DNA of 64,000 nt from an uncultured Fibrobacteraceae bacterium (GTDB lineage: Bacteria > Krumholzibacteriota > Krumholzibacteriia > LZORAL124-64-63): positions 31,679 to 95,678 of the forward strand of contig CAZLHO010000005.1 in the NCBI GenBank assembly GCA_964559455.1, read 5' to 3'. Shown here one piece after another: positions 1-8,896 of this stretch. Numbering within the stretch: position 1 is the first letter of the stretch; each line of letters starts with the position of its first letter. Below the pieces are notes generated by a model that was not told the origin of the DNA, made no database searches, and saw nothing but the letters and a program-made list of their open reading frames with translations. The position numbers were made by a program, and so were the translations under genes.

Positions 1-2963
1 ACGTCGTCCGCGCTGAACGGTCGGATCAGCGCCAGGGTCCAGGCGTCGCCGGCCGCCGGCGGCTGCACCGGCGGGGGCGCCGACGGATCCAGCCGCAGGC
101 GCCAGGTCACTTTGGGCACGCCGGGTTCCTGCGCTATGTAGGTCACCACGTCGATCACTTCATCGGTCCGGCTGATGGTGCCGTCGCCGTCGCGATCGCG
201 GAAGCGGAAGTCCAGGCGCAGGTCCTCGGCGACCGAGTGGGCGATGACCTCGAATCTCGCCGGCGTGGCCGGGTACGTGAACCCGTCGGCCACCGACGTG
301 TCCACGACGGTGTCGTGGAAGAGGACGGTGATGTCGTCGGGGAAGCCCGGACGAACGCGGTTGACGGGCAGCACGCTGGGCTCGTATTCGACCACGAGGC
401 GGGCATCGGTGGGGCTGCCGGGCTGGAAGCCCGTCAGGGCGGTGTCCACCTCCACCGACGCCCCGGTCTGCACCAGGGGCAGCAACCCGAGACCGACCGG
501 CCCGACGCCCAGCCCCGCGAAGTCGTCCCCGTATTCGAAGACCGCTTCGCCGGTGGTGACGTCGGTCAGGATGTAGGCGCGGGCCCGCAGGCTGTCCGGA
601 CCGGGCGTGGCGAAGGTGATGCGGAAATGATGGTCGTCGGGCACGATGTTCGAGTTCACGACCTCCACGGCCACGGTGCCGGAGCCCCGGCCCGCCACTG
701 CGACGGCCTCCGCCGCACTCGCCGGCATGTAGCCCTGGACACGCGGATTGGGCCGCACCTCGACCACGTTGGTCGGCAGCACCAGGCCGCCCCGCGGGGT
801 GCGCGACGGCGCGATGGCGTTCTCGGAGGGATAGAAGTTGAAGGCCTCCGATCCGAAGTCGTAGGCCGTGACCGCGTAGTAGTACTGCTGGCCGTTGGTA
901 ACGGTGTTGTCGGTCCAGGTATGGGCCAGGCCCGAATCGGTGCCCAGGTAGTAGGCCACCCCCTCGATGACCTGATCGGAGAAACCCCTCCGTCCATCGA
1001 CGAGGTCGAACTGGGCGATGGGCTTGCCGTTGCCCAGCGGCCCGCTTCCGGTGCCCGTGGTGATCACCTGGGGATCGCGGAAATCGGGATCGGTCGAGCG
1101 GTAGATGCGATAACCCTCGAAGTCGAATTCGTTGGTCACGGGGTCGGCCCCGTGCTCGGCCACGTCGTCCCAGGAAAGGCGCACGTATCCGTCGCCGGCC
1201 TCGGCGGTCACCGTCGGCGTCCGCGGCGGCACGGCGAAACGGTAGTTGGCGTTGTAGATCTGCTGGACCGTCTGGGTGTTCTGCGCCAGTTCCGTCAGGT
1301 CGGCGCCGTAGGCCAGGGCCAGGCTGAACCGCTCGGTCTTGCCGGCCTCGAGGCGGAACGGTCCCGAGGCGAACAGGAAGCCGATGTTGTAGTTCGAGGC
1401 CAGGGGCTCGTCGAACCTCGCGTCCGGATCGGGATCGGAGAACTGGTCGTACAGGCGCTCGGGCCAGTTCTCGTTGCCCGTGAAGAACACGATGTCGTCC
1501 GTCTCCTGCTCGGGGTTGCCGTAACCGGGCAGGATGCGGTTGAGCTTGAATCCCGTCAGGCCGATCTGGTCGGACTCGTTGAGGTCGGTCTGGTCGAAGT
1601 TCGGTTCACCCTCGGAGGGAATGCCGTCGCCCTCGCCGGCGTCGCCCGTGTCGGGCAGGCCGTCGGCGCCCAGGTCGTGATTGTCGACGGTCCAGTCCAT
1701 GTCCTCGTCTCCGGTCCACCACAGGCCGGCGTTGTAGGCCGGCGTCTCGGTGACCGGACCGTAGGTGATCTCGAAACGGTCCTGGCCGTAGTTGGCCGCG
1801 ACGTGGGCGAGGATCTGGTCCTGGCCCACGATGGCCGTCCCCGGCCCGCCGTCACGCCGTTCGTCCGTGATGCCGTCCTCGTCGTTGTCGATGCCGTCGG
1901 TGGAGTTGCCGGGAGTCTCCATGTAGGCGTAGCCCAGGTATCCGGTGCGCCCGCACGCGCCCGACAGGTCGCGGCCGTGTCCCCGGTTGTCCCAGGTGTA
2001 GACCAGGTTGATGATCTGGTCGTTGAACTCGCGGGCGAAGAAGGCGTTGTCGTCGTCCGATTCGTAGATCTGGTCGCAGGAGAAGGCCGACCCGCCCACG
2101 CCCGAGTCCATGTACAGGCCGAAGATGATGTTGTCGTCGTAATCGGTCGTGCCCTCGTTGGTGATGTCGTAATGCCAGAAGATCACGTTGCGGGCCTGCG
2201 GGTTGGCCCACTGGAAGCCCCGCACCTCGATGCGCAGTCCAAGCCCCTTCCGCGTGGGATCGCGGCTGTCGGGAACGAAGTTCCAGGCGTCGTAGTAGTC
2301 GTCGTCCAGGACCATGTAGCTTTCCTGGTCGGCCACGATCTGCTTGCCGAAGTAGCCGTTCCAGGAGCCCGCCCAGCCCGGGTCGTCGAAATCGTCGAGC
2401 CTGTCCGGCCAGAAATCCGGCCAGGTGCGCGGGTCGTTGCTCAGGGCGGGCGACCTGCCGGGGTTGAGTCCGGGATCGGCCTGGAAATAGCCCGGCCGCG
2501 GCTCGAAGCGCATGACCCGGTTGAAGTAGGGGCTGGTGCCCTGCCGCTCCCGGAAGCCGGTCTCCATGATGAAGGCCTCGGTGCCGTCGAGCTGGGTGAT
2601 CTTGGCCAGGACGAAAGGCGTGACCCCGTCGCTGTAGTTCATTCCGCTGCCCTTGGGCACCTCGACGGAGTGGAAGACGCTCAGATCGACATTGCCCGGA
2701 TCGCGCGGGTAGTCGCCGACCATGCCGTAGTTCCAGAAGACGGTGCGGATGTTGTTGGCGTCATGCTGGCCGGAACGCTCTGCGTCTTCGCGGCCGCGCT
2801 GGTCCTGGGGCACGGGGGTCACCACGTCCCCGGCCGCCGTCGCGGCCAGGACCAGGGACATCAGCAAGACCAGCACCCACGACCGCGTCACCGCCCCGGA
2901 TGCCCTCGGGAAAGATCGCCGGCAAGAGGCCATGCTGTCACTTCTCCTGTGCCTGTGGAACAT
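1..2963 (-). CDS. Large secreted protein (>987 aa, runs off the left edge) with Asp-rich Ca-binding-like motifs and an FN3-like domain; TBDR-associated
   Basis: Absent from the ORF track because no stop lies in the window. Manual translation is open from ATG 2963 to base 1. Hydrophobic signal (VLVLLMSLVLAATAAG); GIDNDEDGITDE; DLGADGLPDTGDAGEGDG; FN3-like PTVTAEAGDGYVRLSWD...FEGYRIYRS...YYYAVTAYD. Starts 11 nt after the TBDR stop. Confidence 0.85.
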   Translation of the reverse strand, partial: MFHRHRRSDSMASCRRSFPRASGAVTRSWVLVLLMSLVLAATAAGDVVTPVPQDQRGREDAERSGQHDANNIRTVFWNYGMVGDYPRDPGNVDLSVFHSVEVPKGSGMNYSDGVTPFVLAKITQLDGTEAFIMETGFRERQGTSPYFNRVMRFEPRPGYFQADPGLNPGRSPALSNDPRTWPDFWPDRLDDFDDPGWAGSWNGYFGKQIVADQESYMVLDDDYYDAWNFVPDSRDPTRKGLGLRIEVRGFQWANPQARNVIFWHYDITNEGTTDYDDNIIFGLYMDSGVGGSAFSCDQIYESDDDNAFFAREFNDQIINLVYTWDNRGHGRDLSGACGRTGYLGYAYMETPGNSTDGIDNDEDGITDERRDGGPGTAIVGQDQILAHVAANYGQDRFEITYGPVTETPAYNAGLWWTGDEDMDWTVDNHDLGADGLPDTGDAGEGDGIPSEGEPNFDQTDLNESDQIGLTGFKLNRILPGYGNPEQETDDIVFFTGNENWPERLYDQFSDPDPDARFDEPLASNYNIGFLFASGPFRLEAGKTERFSLALAYGADLTELAQNTQTVQQIYNANYRFAVPPRTPTVTAEAGDGYVRLSWDDVAEHGADPVTNEFDFEGYRIYRSTDPDFRDPQVITTGTGSGPLGNGKPIAQFDLVDGRRGFSDQVIEGVAYYLGTDSGLAHTWTDNTVTNGQQYYYAVTAYDFGSEAFNFYPSENAIAPSRTPRGGLVLPTNVVEVRPNPRVQGYMPASAAEAVAVAGRGSGTVAVEVVNSNIVPDDHHFRITFATPGPDSLRARAYILTDVTTGEAVFEYGDDFAGLGVGPVGLGLLPLVQTGASVEVDTALTGFQPGSPTDARLVVEYEPSVLPVNRVRPGFPDDITVLFHDTVVDTSVADGFTYPATPARFEVIAHSVAEDLRLDFRFRDRDGDGTISRTDEVIDVVTYIAQEPGVPKVTWRLRLDPSAPPPVQPPAAGDAWTLALIRPFSADD

Positions 2964-2974
2964 CGGTCCTGCCA

Positions 2975-5617
2975 TCACTTGCCCCCCCATCCCCAGCGCA
3001 CGCCGAATTCCAGCCGGCGAGGCTGATAGAGACGCGTCGGATCCGCCAGGGAGACCAGTTCGCCCGGACTCGGGAATCGGGCGTAATAGGGGCTGCCCGT
3101 CGTCGCATAGACGGGACCGTTGAAGTAGCGGGTGTCGAACACGTTGAAAACGCGCAGGAACACTCCGCCCCGCCCCGAGGGATCCAGGATCCACTCGCCC
3201 CGCAGGTCGACCAGGATCGCGGACGGCTTGGTGCCCGAATTGGTCGCCGCGCCGAAACCGAACGCCTGCTCGGTCTGGGGGGTGTACCGCTGGCCGCTGG
3301 CCGCCTTGGCCACGCAACTCACCGAATACCTGCCCGGCCGGTTGTACGATGCCGTCAGGTTGAGGGTGTGCGTCTGGTCCCAGTTGAAAGGCACCAGCCT
3401 GGGCCGCGGGTCCTCGCCGGCGGCCGCCCGGTTGGCGGTCTCGCTGGGGTCGCTGGCGTTGCCCAAGGCCCGCTGCAGGGTGTAGTCGAGGGAAAGCATC
3501 AGGGGGCCGACCTGGCGATAGTCGATGGCCAGGGTCATCCCGGTGATGCTCCCGAAGTCCACGTTCGTCAGCCGCGCATACTCCGCCCCGGTGTAGGTCT
3601 CGACGAACTCGACGCCCAGCAGGTCGCGCACATCCTTGTAGAAGAAGGTCAGGTCGAAGCCCAGGTCCCGATTGAGAATCTGCTTGTAGCCGATCTCGTA
3701 CTGCACCGTCTTCTCGGGCTTGACGTCGGGGTTGCCGATCATGCCGTAGGAAACCGTGCCGGCCTGCAGGCGCGCCAGGATGTCGTAATCCGAGTTCGCG
3801 AACATGGTGCCGATCGAGGGGAACTGCGTGAAGTGCCCGTAGGCGAAATGGATGGCGGCCTTGTCCTCGATGGGATAGGCCACACCCAGGCGGGGCGACA
3901 CCGTGGTCTTGACGGAGGTGTCCTGCGGATGCGACGGCGGGGCGCCATCGATGGCGTTGGCCGGATTGGCCAGGTCGCTGGGTATCGTCGACTGCGCGTC
4001 GAAATAGTCGAGGCGCGCGCCGTAGCGGACGATCAGGTCCTTGCGCTCGAACTGGTCCTGGACGTAGGCGGCGCCCATCACCGGGAATTTCAACGCCGGC
4101 CCCGGGTAGTCGGGCGGCTCGTCGAGGTGGCGCACCAGGGTGCCCTCTCCGTAGGTGAAATGCATGTCGTTGCCGAATCTCACCTTGGGCAGGCTCAGCT
4201 CCATGCCGGTCTTCATCTGGTGCTCGGGGTTGAGCTGGCTGACGACCGCTCCCTTGAAGAGGAAGGCGTTGGTTTCCTGCAGATAGTGGTTGGTCTGGAC
4301 ACCCTGGTAGTAATAGTCGCCGTTGGTTCCGGAGTTGCTCAGCTGGAGGGGGTCGTCGTAACGGGAATCGTAGGGATCCTCGTAGAGGTAGTCCTGATAT
4401 TTGAAGTAGTTCTGTCGCAGGCTGAGGTCCAGGAAGGTCTTGGCGCCCAGGGTCTGCGTCCAGTCCAGGCCGTGGGAGATGGAGAACGAACGCTGGATCG
4501 ACAGCGCATCCGGCATGAACCGGTACGCGTAGGAGTTGGGTCGTCCCTGGCGCTCGTTGAAGACCAGCTGGTAGCTGATCTTCGAGTTGGCCAGCGAGTT
4601 GTTCGCAAGCTTGACCACCCCCGACCATTCGTCGTTGTAGCCCAGGGGCATCGTTTCCCCGTCGCCGGTGGCGACGAAGGTTCCGGTGCTGTCCTCCCGG
4701 TCGGTCGGATTGAACCGGCGCTCGGCATAGACATAGTCGTCGAACAGGGAGCGCCGCCCGCTGACCAGGAAGGTCGTGTCGGGCACCGGCAGGGGGCCGC
4801 TGAGCGTCAGCTGGTAGTTCTGCGTGCCGGTCAGGTGCGGAGTGTCGTCGGTGCGCCGCGCCTCCTCGCGCCCGGGGAAGAAGAAGCCGCCGGCGAACAC
4901 CTCGGCGTCCGCGAGGAATTCATCGGTTCCCTCCTTCAGGACGGCGTTGACCACGCCGCTCATGGCCTGGCCGTATTCGGCGTCGAAGGTCCCGCTGATC
5001 ACCTGGACTTCCTGCAGGAGCGAGCGGTCGATCTGCAGGCTCGAAGAGTTGTCGAAGGCGTTGTTGACGCTGACTCCGTCGACCTGGTACTGCACCTCTT
5101 CCTGGCGTCCGCCCCGGAAATGCCCGTCGACGACGCCCGCCTGCAGGTTCACCACGTCGTCCAGGTTCTGGACCGGCAGACTCTCGATTTCCTCCCTGGT
5201 CAGGCTGGCCTGGGAGCTGGTGACCTTCAGGTCCACGGGCGGCCGCTCGGCGACCACCACCACCTCCTCGGCCCGCAGCGTCGTATCGCCCATCTTCAAC
5301 TCCAGGCGGGTGGCGCGATCGGCGGAAACGACGACTTCGCTGATCGTGATCGCGTTGAAGCCCAGGCGGCTGGCCTTCACATCGTACGTGCCCGAAGGCA
5401 CGTTGAGGATGTTGAAATTCCCCTCGTTGTCGGTGTAGGCCCCCAGGCGGGTGCCCGCCACGATCACCGTCGCCGCCACCACCGGCCGGCCGTCGGAGTC
5501 GATCACCTGACCGGTGATGGTGCCGGTGGTGCCGGCCTCGGCGGTGACGGGCGCCTGGACAAGACACACGACCGCCAGGATCGCCATGACATACGCCACG
5601 CTTTGCAGTCTCGTCAC
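2975..5617 (-). CDS. TonB-dependent receptor with N-terminal carboxypeptidase-regulatory-like domain
   Basis: GTITGQVID...ATVIVAGTRLGAYTDNEGNF N-domain; plug region with SGTFDAEYGQAMSGVVN; barrel motifs SPRLGVAYPI, PDVKPEKTVQYEIG; ends PRRLEFGVRWGW. Start placed at GTG 5617 behind GGAGG. Confidence 0.93.
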   Translation of the reverse strand: MTRLQSVAYVMAILAVVCLVQAPVTAEAGTTGTITGQVIDSDGRPVVAATVIVAGTRLGAYTDNEGNFNILNVPSGTYDVKASRLGFNAITISEVVVSADRATRLELKMGDTTLRAEEVVVVAERPPVDLKVTSSQASLTREEIESLPVQNLDDVVNLQAGVVDGHFRGGRQEEVQYQVDGVSVNNAFDNSSSLQIDRSLLQEVQVISGTFDAEYGQAMSGVVNAVLKEGTDEFLADAEVFAGGFFFPGREEARRTDDTPHLTGTQNYQLTLSGPLPVPDTTFLVSGRRSLFDDYVYAERRFNPTDREDSTGTFVATGDGETMPLGYNDEWSGVVKLANNSLANSKISYQLVFNERQGRPNSYAYRFMPDALSIQRSFSISHGLDWTQTLGAKTFLDLSLRQNYFKYQDYLYEDPYDSRYDDPLQLSNSGTNGDYYYQGVQTNHYLQETNAFLFKGAVVSQLNPEHQMKTGMELSLPKVRFGNDMHFTYGEGTLVRHLDEPPDYPGPALKFPVMGAAYVQDQFERKDLIVRYGARLDYFDAQSTIPSDLANPANAIDGAPPSHPQDTSVKTTVSPRLGVAYPIEDKAAIHFAYGHFTQFPSIGTMFANSDYDILARLQAGTVSYGMIGNPDVKPEKTVQYEIGYKQILNRDLGFDLTFFYKDVRDLLGVEFVETYTGAEYARLTNVDFGSITGMTLAIDYRQVGPLMLSLDYTLQRALGNASDPSETANRAAAGEDPRPRLVPFNWDQTHTLNLTASYNRPGRYSVSCVAKAASGQRYTPQTEQAFGFGAATNSGTKPSAILVDLRGEWILDPSGRGGVFLRVFNVFDTRYFNGPVYATTGSPYYARFPSPGELVSLADPTRLYQPRRLEFGVRWGWGGK

Positions 5618-5695
5618 CAGGATCCTGCCTCCGATTGGACGGGGAAAGTCGATCACGCCGGGGGGGCGGCCTTGCCTCCCCGCGAGACTCGACTT

Positions 5696-7579
5696 CTACT
5701 TCACCAGGACGGCCTTGCCCGCCAGCGACACGTGCTCGCCTCCGGTGCCGGGGTCGATGAACCGCAGGCGGTACAGGTACACGCCGGCGCTGGGCCGCTG
5801 GCCCGTGAACAGTGATACGGTGTTCTCGCCGTCATTCATCAGGCCCAGCTTGCGCCGTTCGACCAGCATGCCGCGCACGTCATAGATCTCCAGGGTCACC
5901 AGGTTGCGGTCGGGCATGGCGAAGCTGATCTGGGGCCTCGACGACGGACCGGCGTAATGCAGCAGCCGCGCATAACCGTCGTAGGGGATGACCGGGTCGC
6001 CCACGGCGGTGACGTCGGGCACCAGATGCCCCCAGCTGGGGCAGCAGGTTCCCGGAAATTCACGATACCACCAGGTGCGCGTTCCGTAGCTGTCGGTGGT
6101 CGGGATGAAGGAATCGCCGTCGAGATGGACGACGCCGAAGAAGAACGCACCGTCACCCAGACCGCCGGGATAGCCGAGGGCCTTCAGATCGAGGGCCATT
6201 TCGGCGGTGTATCCGTTGTCCGCCTGGGAGCCCAGCGTGTCCACCGTCGTGCCCGCCGGCAACCAGACGGCCACCTCGGCGTCGCCGGATGTCACCAGGC
6301 TGAGCAGGTCGTCCTGGGGCAGCGCCGTGCCGTCGGCCGCCACCTGGAACGACAGCCTCTTCACCAGCAGGGTGTTGTCCGGTCCGCGGTTGGCCAGATC
6401 CTCCGCCGTGACGATGAACCCGTCCCAGCGATTCAGGTCGGGGTGAAATTGGACGACCTGGTCGCGGGCCTCGAAGCCCATGTAGAGCATGTCTCCCCGG
6501 TGGTAGACCTTGACCGTGGCGTCGGCCGGATCGAGCACGAAGGCCTCGCCGCCGTTCACCGTGGGTTGGAACTGGCCGGCGCGGTAGGGCCCGATGCCGT
6601 CGTAGCTTTCCCGCAGGACGTCGTCATCCCAGCGGATATCGAAGCTGTAGACATCCGGCGAACTCCACACGGCCTCGGCCAACTGGCCGTCGATCGCGGG
6701 CACCTCGTTGATGGCCGGCACGACCACTTCGGGCTCGATGGTCGGCACCACGCCGGTGGCCGTCGTCACATCGGGCCGAGCGTGGATGCGGACCTCGCTG
6801 TACCACGAGGTGTTGCCCCAGGGGCCCTGCCACCAAACCCGGTTGGAGCTGAAACTCGAGACGCTGATGGGCCAGAACCAGTCGCAGTCGTAGACGGAGA
6901 CGTTCCATTCCACGATGTCGCCGCCGGCCTGGGTCACGTCGTAGCCCATGGGTGTCAGGTTGAAGCGCATTTCGATGGTGTAGCCGGTGTCCGGGGTCGA
7001 ATCGTCGTTGGTCACACCGTCGACCACGGTGACCGCGTCCCAGGCGTCGATCTGTTCGGGAGTGCGCGGTGAGCCGTGGGGAAGTTCCGCCCAGACGCCG
7101 ATGAAGCCCGGCAATGTGCCCACCGGCTGCGGCTCGGCCAGTTCCTCATGCCACCAGGTGTACATGTATTCGTTCTGTGGCTTGGGGTACCCCGGCTCGG
7201 CATGGTTCTTCATGCCCATGAGCAGACCGTCGAACCGGTTGAACTCGACGCTGCCGCCGATGGACTGGTCCAGGACGGTGGCCGCCAGGTAGAGCTGGTT
7301 TTCGTAGACCAGGAACTTGAGCGTGGCGTGGGTCGGGTCGATGGGCTGCCAGCCGCTTTCGGTCTTCCAGCCGCTGCCGGGGACACCGGCATCGACGGCA
7401 TACTCGATGACCACCGACTCGGCCAGGGCCCACCCGGGCTCGTCGAGAACACCGTCCAGGGTGATGGGGTCCAGCGCGGTCCGAGCCCAGATCGCGTCCT
7501 CCCGCGGGGCCTGGGCCATGGCCGGGGCCACGAGGCCCAGAGCCGCGCACAAGAGCAGAGTCGTAATCGTCGTTCTCAT
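5696..7579 (-). CDS. Secreted protein with two CBM9/DOMON-like sugar-binding domains and an FlgD/T9SS-like C-terminal domain
   Basis: Signal peptide (LGLVAPAMA). Two repeats starting ITLDGVLDEPGW and PAIDGQLAEAVW, each with a GYT(I/A)EM motif; C-terminal LEIYDVRG...AGVYLYRL. Confidence 0.75.
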   Translation of the reverse strand: MRTTITTLLLCAALGLVAPAMAQAPREDAIWARTALDPITLDGVLDEPGWALAESVVIEYAVDAGVPGSGWKTESGWQPIDPTHATLKFLVYENQLYLAATVLDQSIGGSVEFNRFDGLLMGMKNHAEPGYPKPQNEYMYTWWHEELAEPQPVGTLPGFIGVWAELPHGSPRTPEQIDAWDAVTVVDGVTNDDSTPDTGYTIEMRFNLTPMGYDVTQAGGDIVEWNVSVYDCDWFWPISVSSFSSNRVWWQGPWGNTSWYSEVRIHARPDVTTATGVVPTIEPEVVVPAINEVPAIDGQLAEAVWSSPDVYSFDIRWDDDVLRESYDGIGPYRAGQFQPTVNGGEAFVLDPADATVKVYHRGDMLYMGFEARDQVVQFHPDLNRWDGFIVTAEDLANRGPDNTLLVKRLSFQVAADGTALPQDDLLSLVTSGDAEVAVWLPAGTTVDTLGSQADNGYTAEMALDLKALGYPGGLGDGAFFFGVVHLDGDSFIPTTDSYGTRTWWYREFPGTCCPSWGHLVPDVTAVGDPVIPYDGYARLLHYAGPSSRPQISFAMPDRNLVTLEIYDVRGMLVERRKLGLMNDGENTVSLFTGQRPSAGVYLYRLRFIDPGTGGEHVSLAGKAVLVK

Positions 7580-7636
7580 GAGGTTACCCCCCGTTGACTG
7601 CTTTGGCCGCAGTGGAAAAGAGAAATGGCGGACGGC

Positions 7637-8671
7637 CTAGCCGGTGCCGGCCTTATCCCCTTCCTCCCCTCCCACACTGGCTCCACTGGAAATCCGGACC
7701 TTGAGTACGGCCGGAATCACCACGCGCACCGGTTCGTCGCAGTGACCGGTATTCAAGTCTCCAAGCAACAAGCCCACAGCCTGGCTGCCCATGCCGCAGG
7801 CATCCACGTGAACGCTTGACAGGGGCGGATTCAGATAGCCGGCGATGGCCACGTCGTCGAATCCCACGACGGCCAGGTCGTCCGGCACGCGAAAACCGGC
7901 GCGGTTCAGGGAGGCCAACAGCCCGATGGCCATGCTGTCGTTGGCGGTGAAGACCGCCGATGGCCTCGGCCGAAGGGCCATCAGCTCGGAACCGGCCTCG
8001 AAACCGGTGCTTTCGCGAAAATCCCCCTCGACGATCACCGCCCGATCGGGATCGAGGCCCGCGTCGAGGAATGCCTGACGGAAGCCCTGCAGGCGCTCCT
8101 CGGCGTCCACGTTGCCCTTGGGGCCCGAAATGAAGGCGATCTCGCGATGGCCCAGCGACAGAAGATGCTCCACCGCCTGCTTGGCGCCGCCGAAATTGTC
8201 GATTCCCAACGAGTGACAGCGCTCCACGGGGGCGCGGGGACTGAGCAGCACCACGGGGATCCTCCGCCGCACGCGCTCCACCATGTCGATGGATTCCTCG
8301 TCCGGCGCCATCATGATCAGCCCATCGATGCGGCCAAGCATGGACCGGGTGGCGGCGAGCACATCCGCGCTGCTGGAATGGGAACTGGAAAGCAGGATCT
8401 GGAAGCGGCTGAGGCGGGCCCGTCGGTCCATGCCGCGGATGACATCGGAATAGAACTCGCCGAACAGGTCCGGCAGCAGCACGCCGAATGTGCGGCTGCA
8501 GCGGGTCGCCAGGTTCTGGGCGGCGCTGTTCGGCCAGTAGTCGAAGCTCGCGGCCACCCGCACTACGCGTTCCGCAGTTTCACTGCTGACCAGGGAGTTG
8601 TTGTTGAACACCCGTGAAACCGTGGCGATCGAGACTCCCGCAGCGCGGGCCACATCGCGGATTGTTGCCAA
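7637..8671 (-). CDS. LacI-family transcriptional regulator
   Basis: HTH ATIRDVARAAGVSIATVSRV; sugar-binding domain with DNFGGAKQAVEHLLSLGHREIAFI and VVGFDD. Start inferred at TTG 8671; upstream starts are possible. Confidence 0.93.
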   Translation of the reverse strand: MATIRDVARAAGVSIATVSRVFNNNSLVSSETAERVVRVAASFDYWPNSAAQNLATRCSRTFGVLLPDLFGEFYSDVIRGMDRRARLSRFQILLSSSHSSSADVLAATRSMLGRIDGLIMMAPDEESIDMVERVRRRIPVVLLSPRAPVERCHSLGIDNFGGAKQAVEHLLSLGHREIAFISGPKGNVDAEERLQGFRQAFLDAGLDPDRAVIVEGDFRESTGFEAGSELMALRPRPSAVFTANDSMAIGLLASLNRAGFRVPDDLAVVGFDDVAIAGYLNPPLSSVHVDACGMGSQAVGLLLGDLNTGHCDEPVRVVIPAVLKVRISSGASVGGEEGDKAGTG

Positions 8672-8763
8672 GGCGGTACTTTCAGGTGGTGGTCCCGCAG
8701 CCAATCCTGCGACTCGTGGGGCCCTGCCTTCGATTCGGCGGACAGTCCTCGGTCCGATCACCA

Positions 8764-8777
8764 TGTAAACGGTTTCA
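8764..8777. promoter_or_regulatory. LacI-family operator, TGTAAACGGTTTCA
   Basis: Exact match to the TGWAANCGNTTWCA LacI-family palindrome, in the divergent region between the LacI gene and GH94. Confidence 0.75.
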
Positions 8778-8790
8778 TAAATCCAGAATC

Positions 8791-8812
8791 TTGTCAAGCG
8801 CCTCTTTGACAA
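8791..8812. promoter_or_regulatory. Inverted repeat TTGTCAA-N8-TTGACAA giving back-to-back TTGACA hexamers
   Basis: TTGACA on + at 8806-8811 and on - at 8797-8792, in an AT-rich divergent intergenic region. Matching -10 boxes are not clear. Confidence 0.45.
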
Positions 8813-8896
8813 ATCGGGAAATATGATCTAAGGATAGGCTCCCAAGGGCGGCGGACCCCTCGGAAACGACCCTATGCCCGGAAGGATGATTTCACC

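Noticed and set aside
237-5815. Long plus-strand ORFs 237-3026 and 2900-5815, and similar antisense ORFs (8828-11695, 14081-16804, 21958-24507, 26540-30760, 45107-48139, 56008-59184)
   Set aside because: Shadow frames of GC-rich genes: they overlap well-supported CDSs and show no family motifs.
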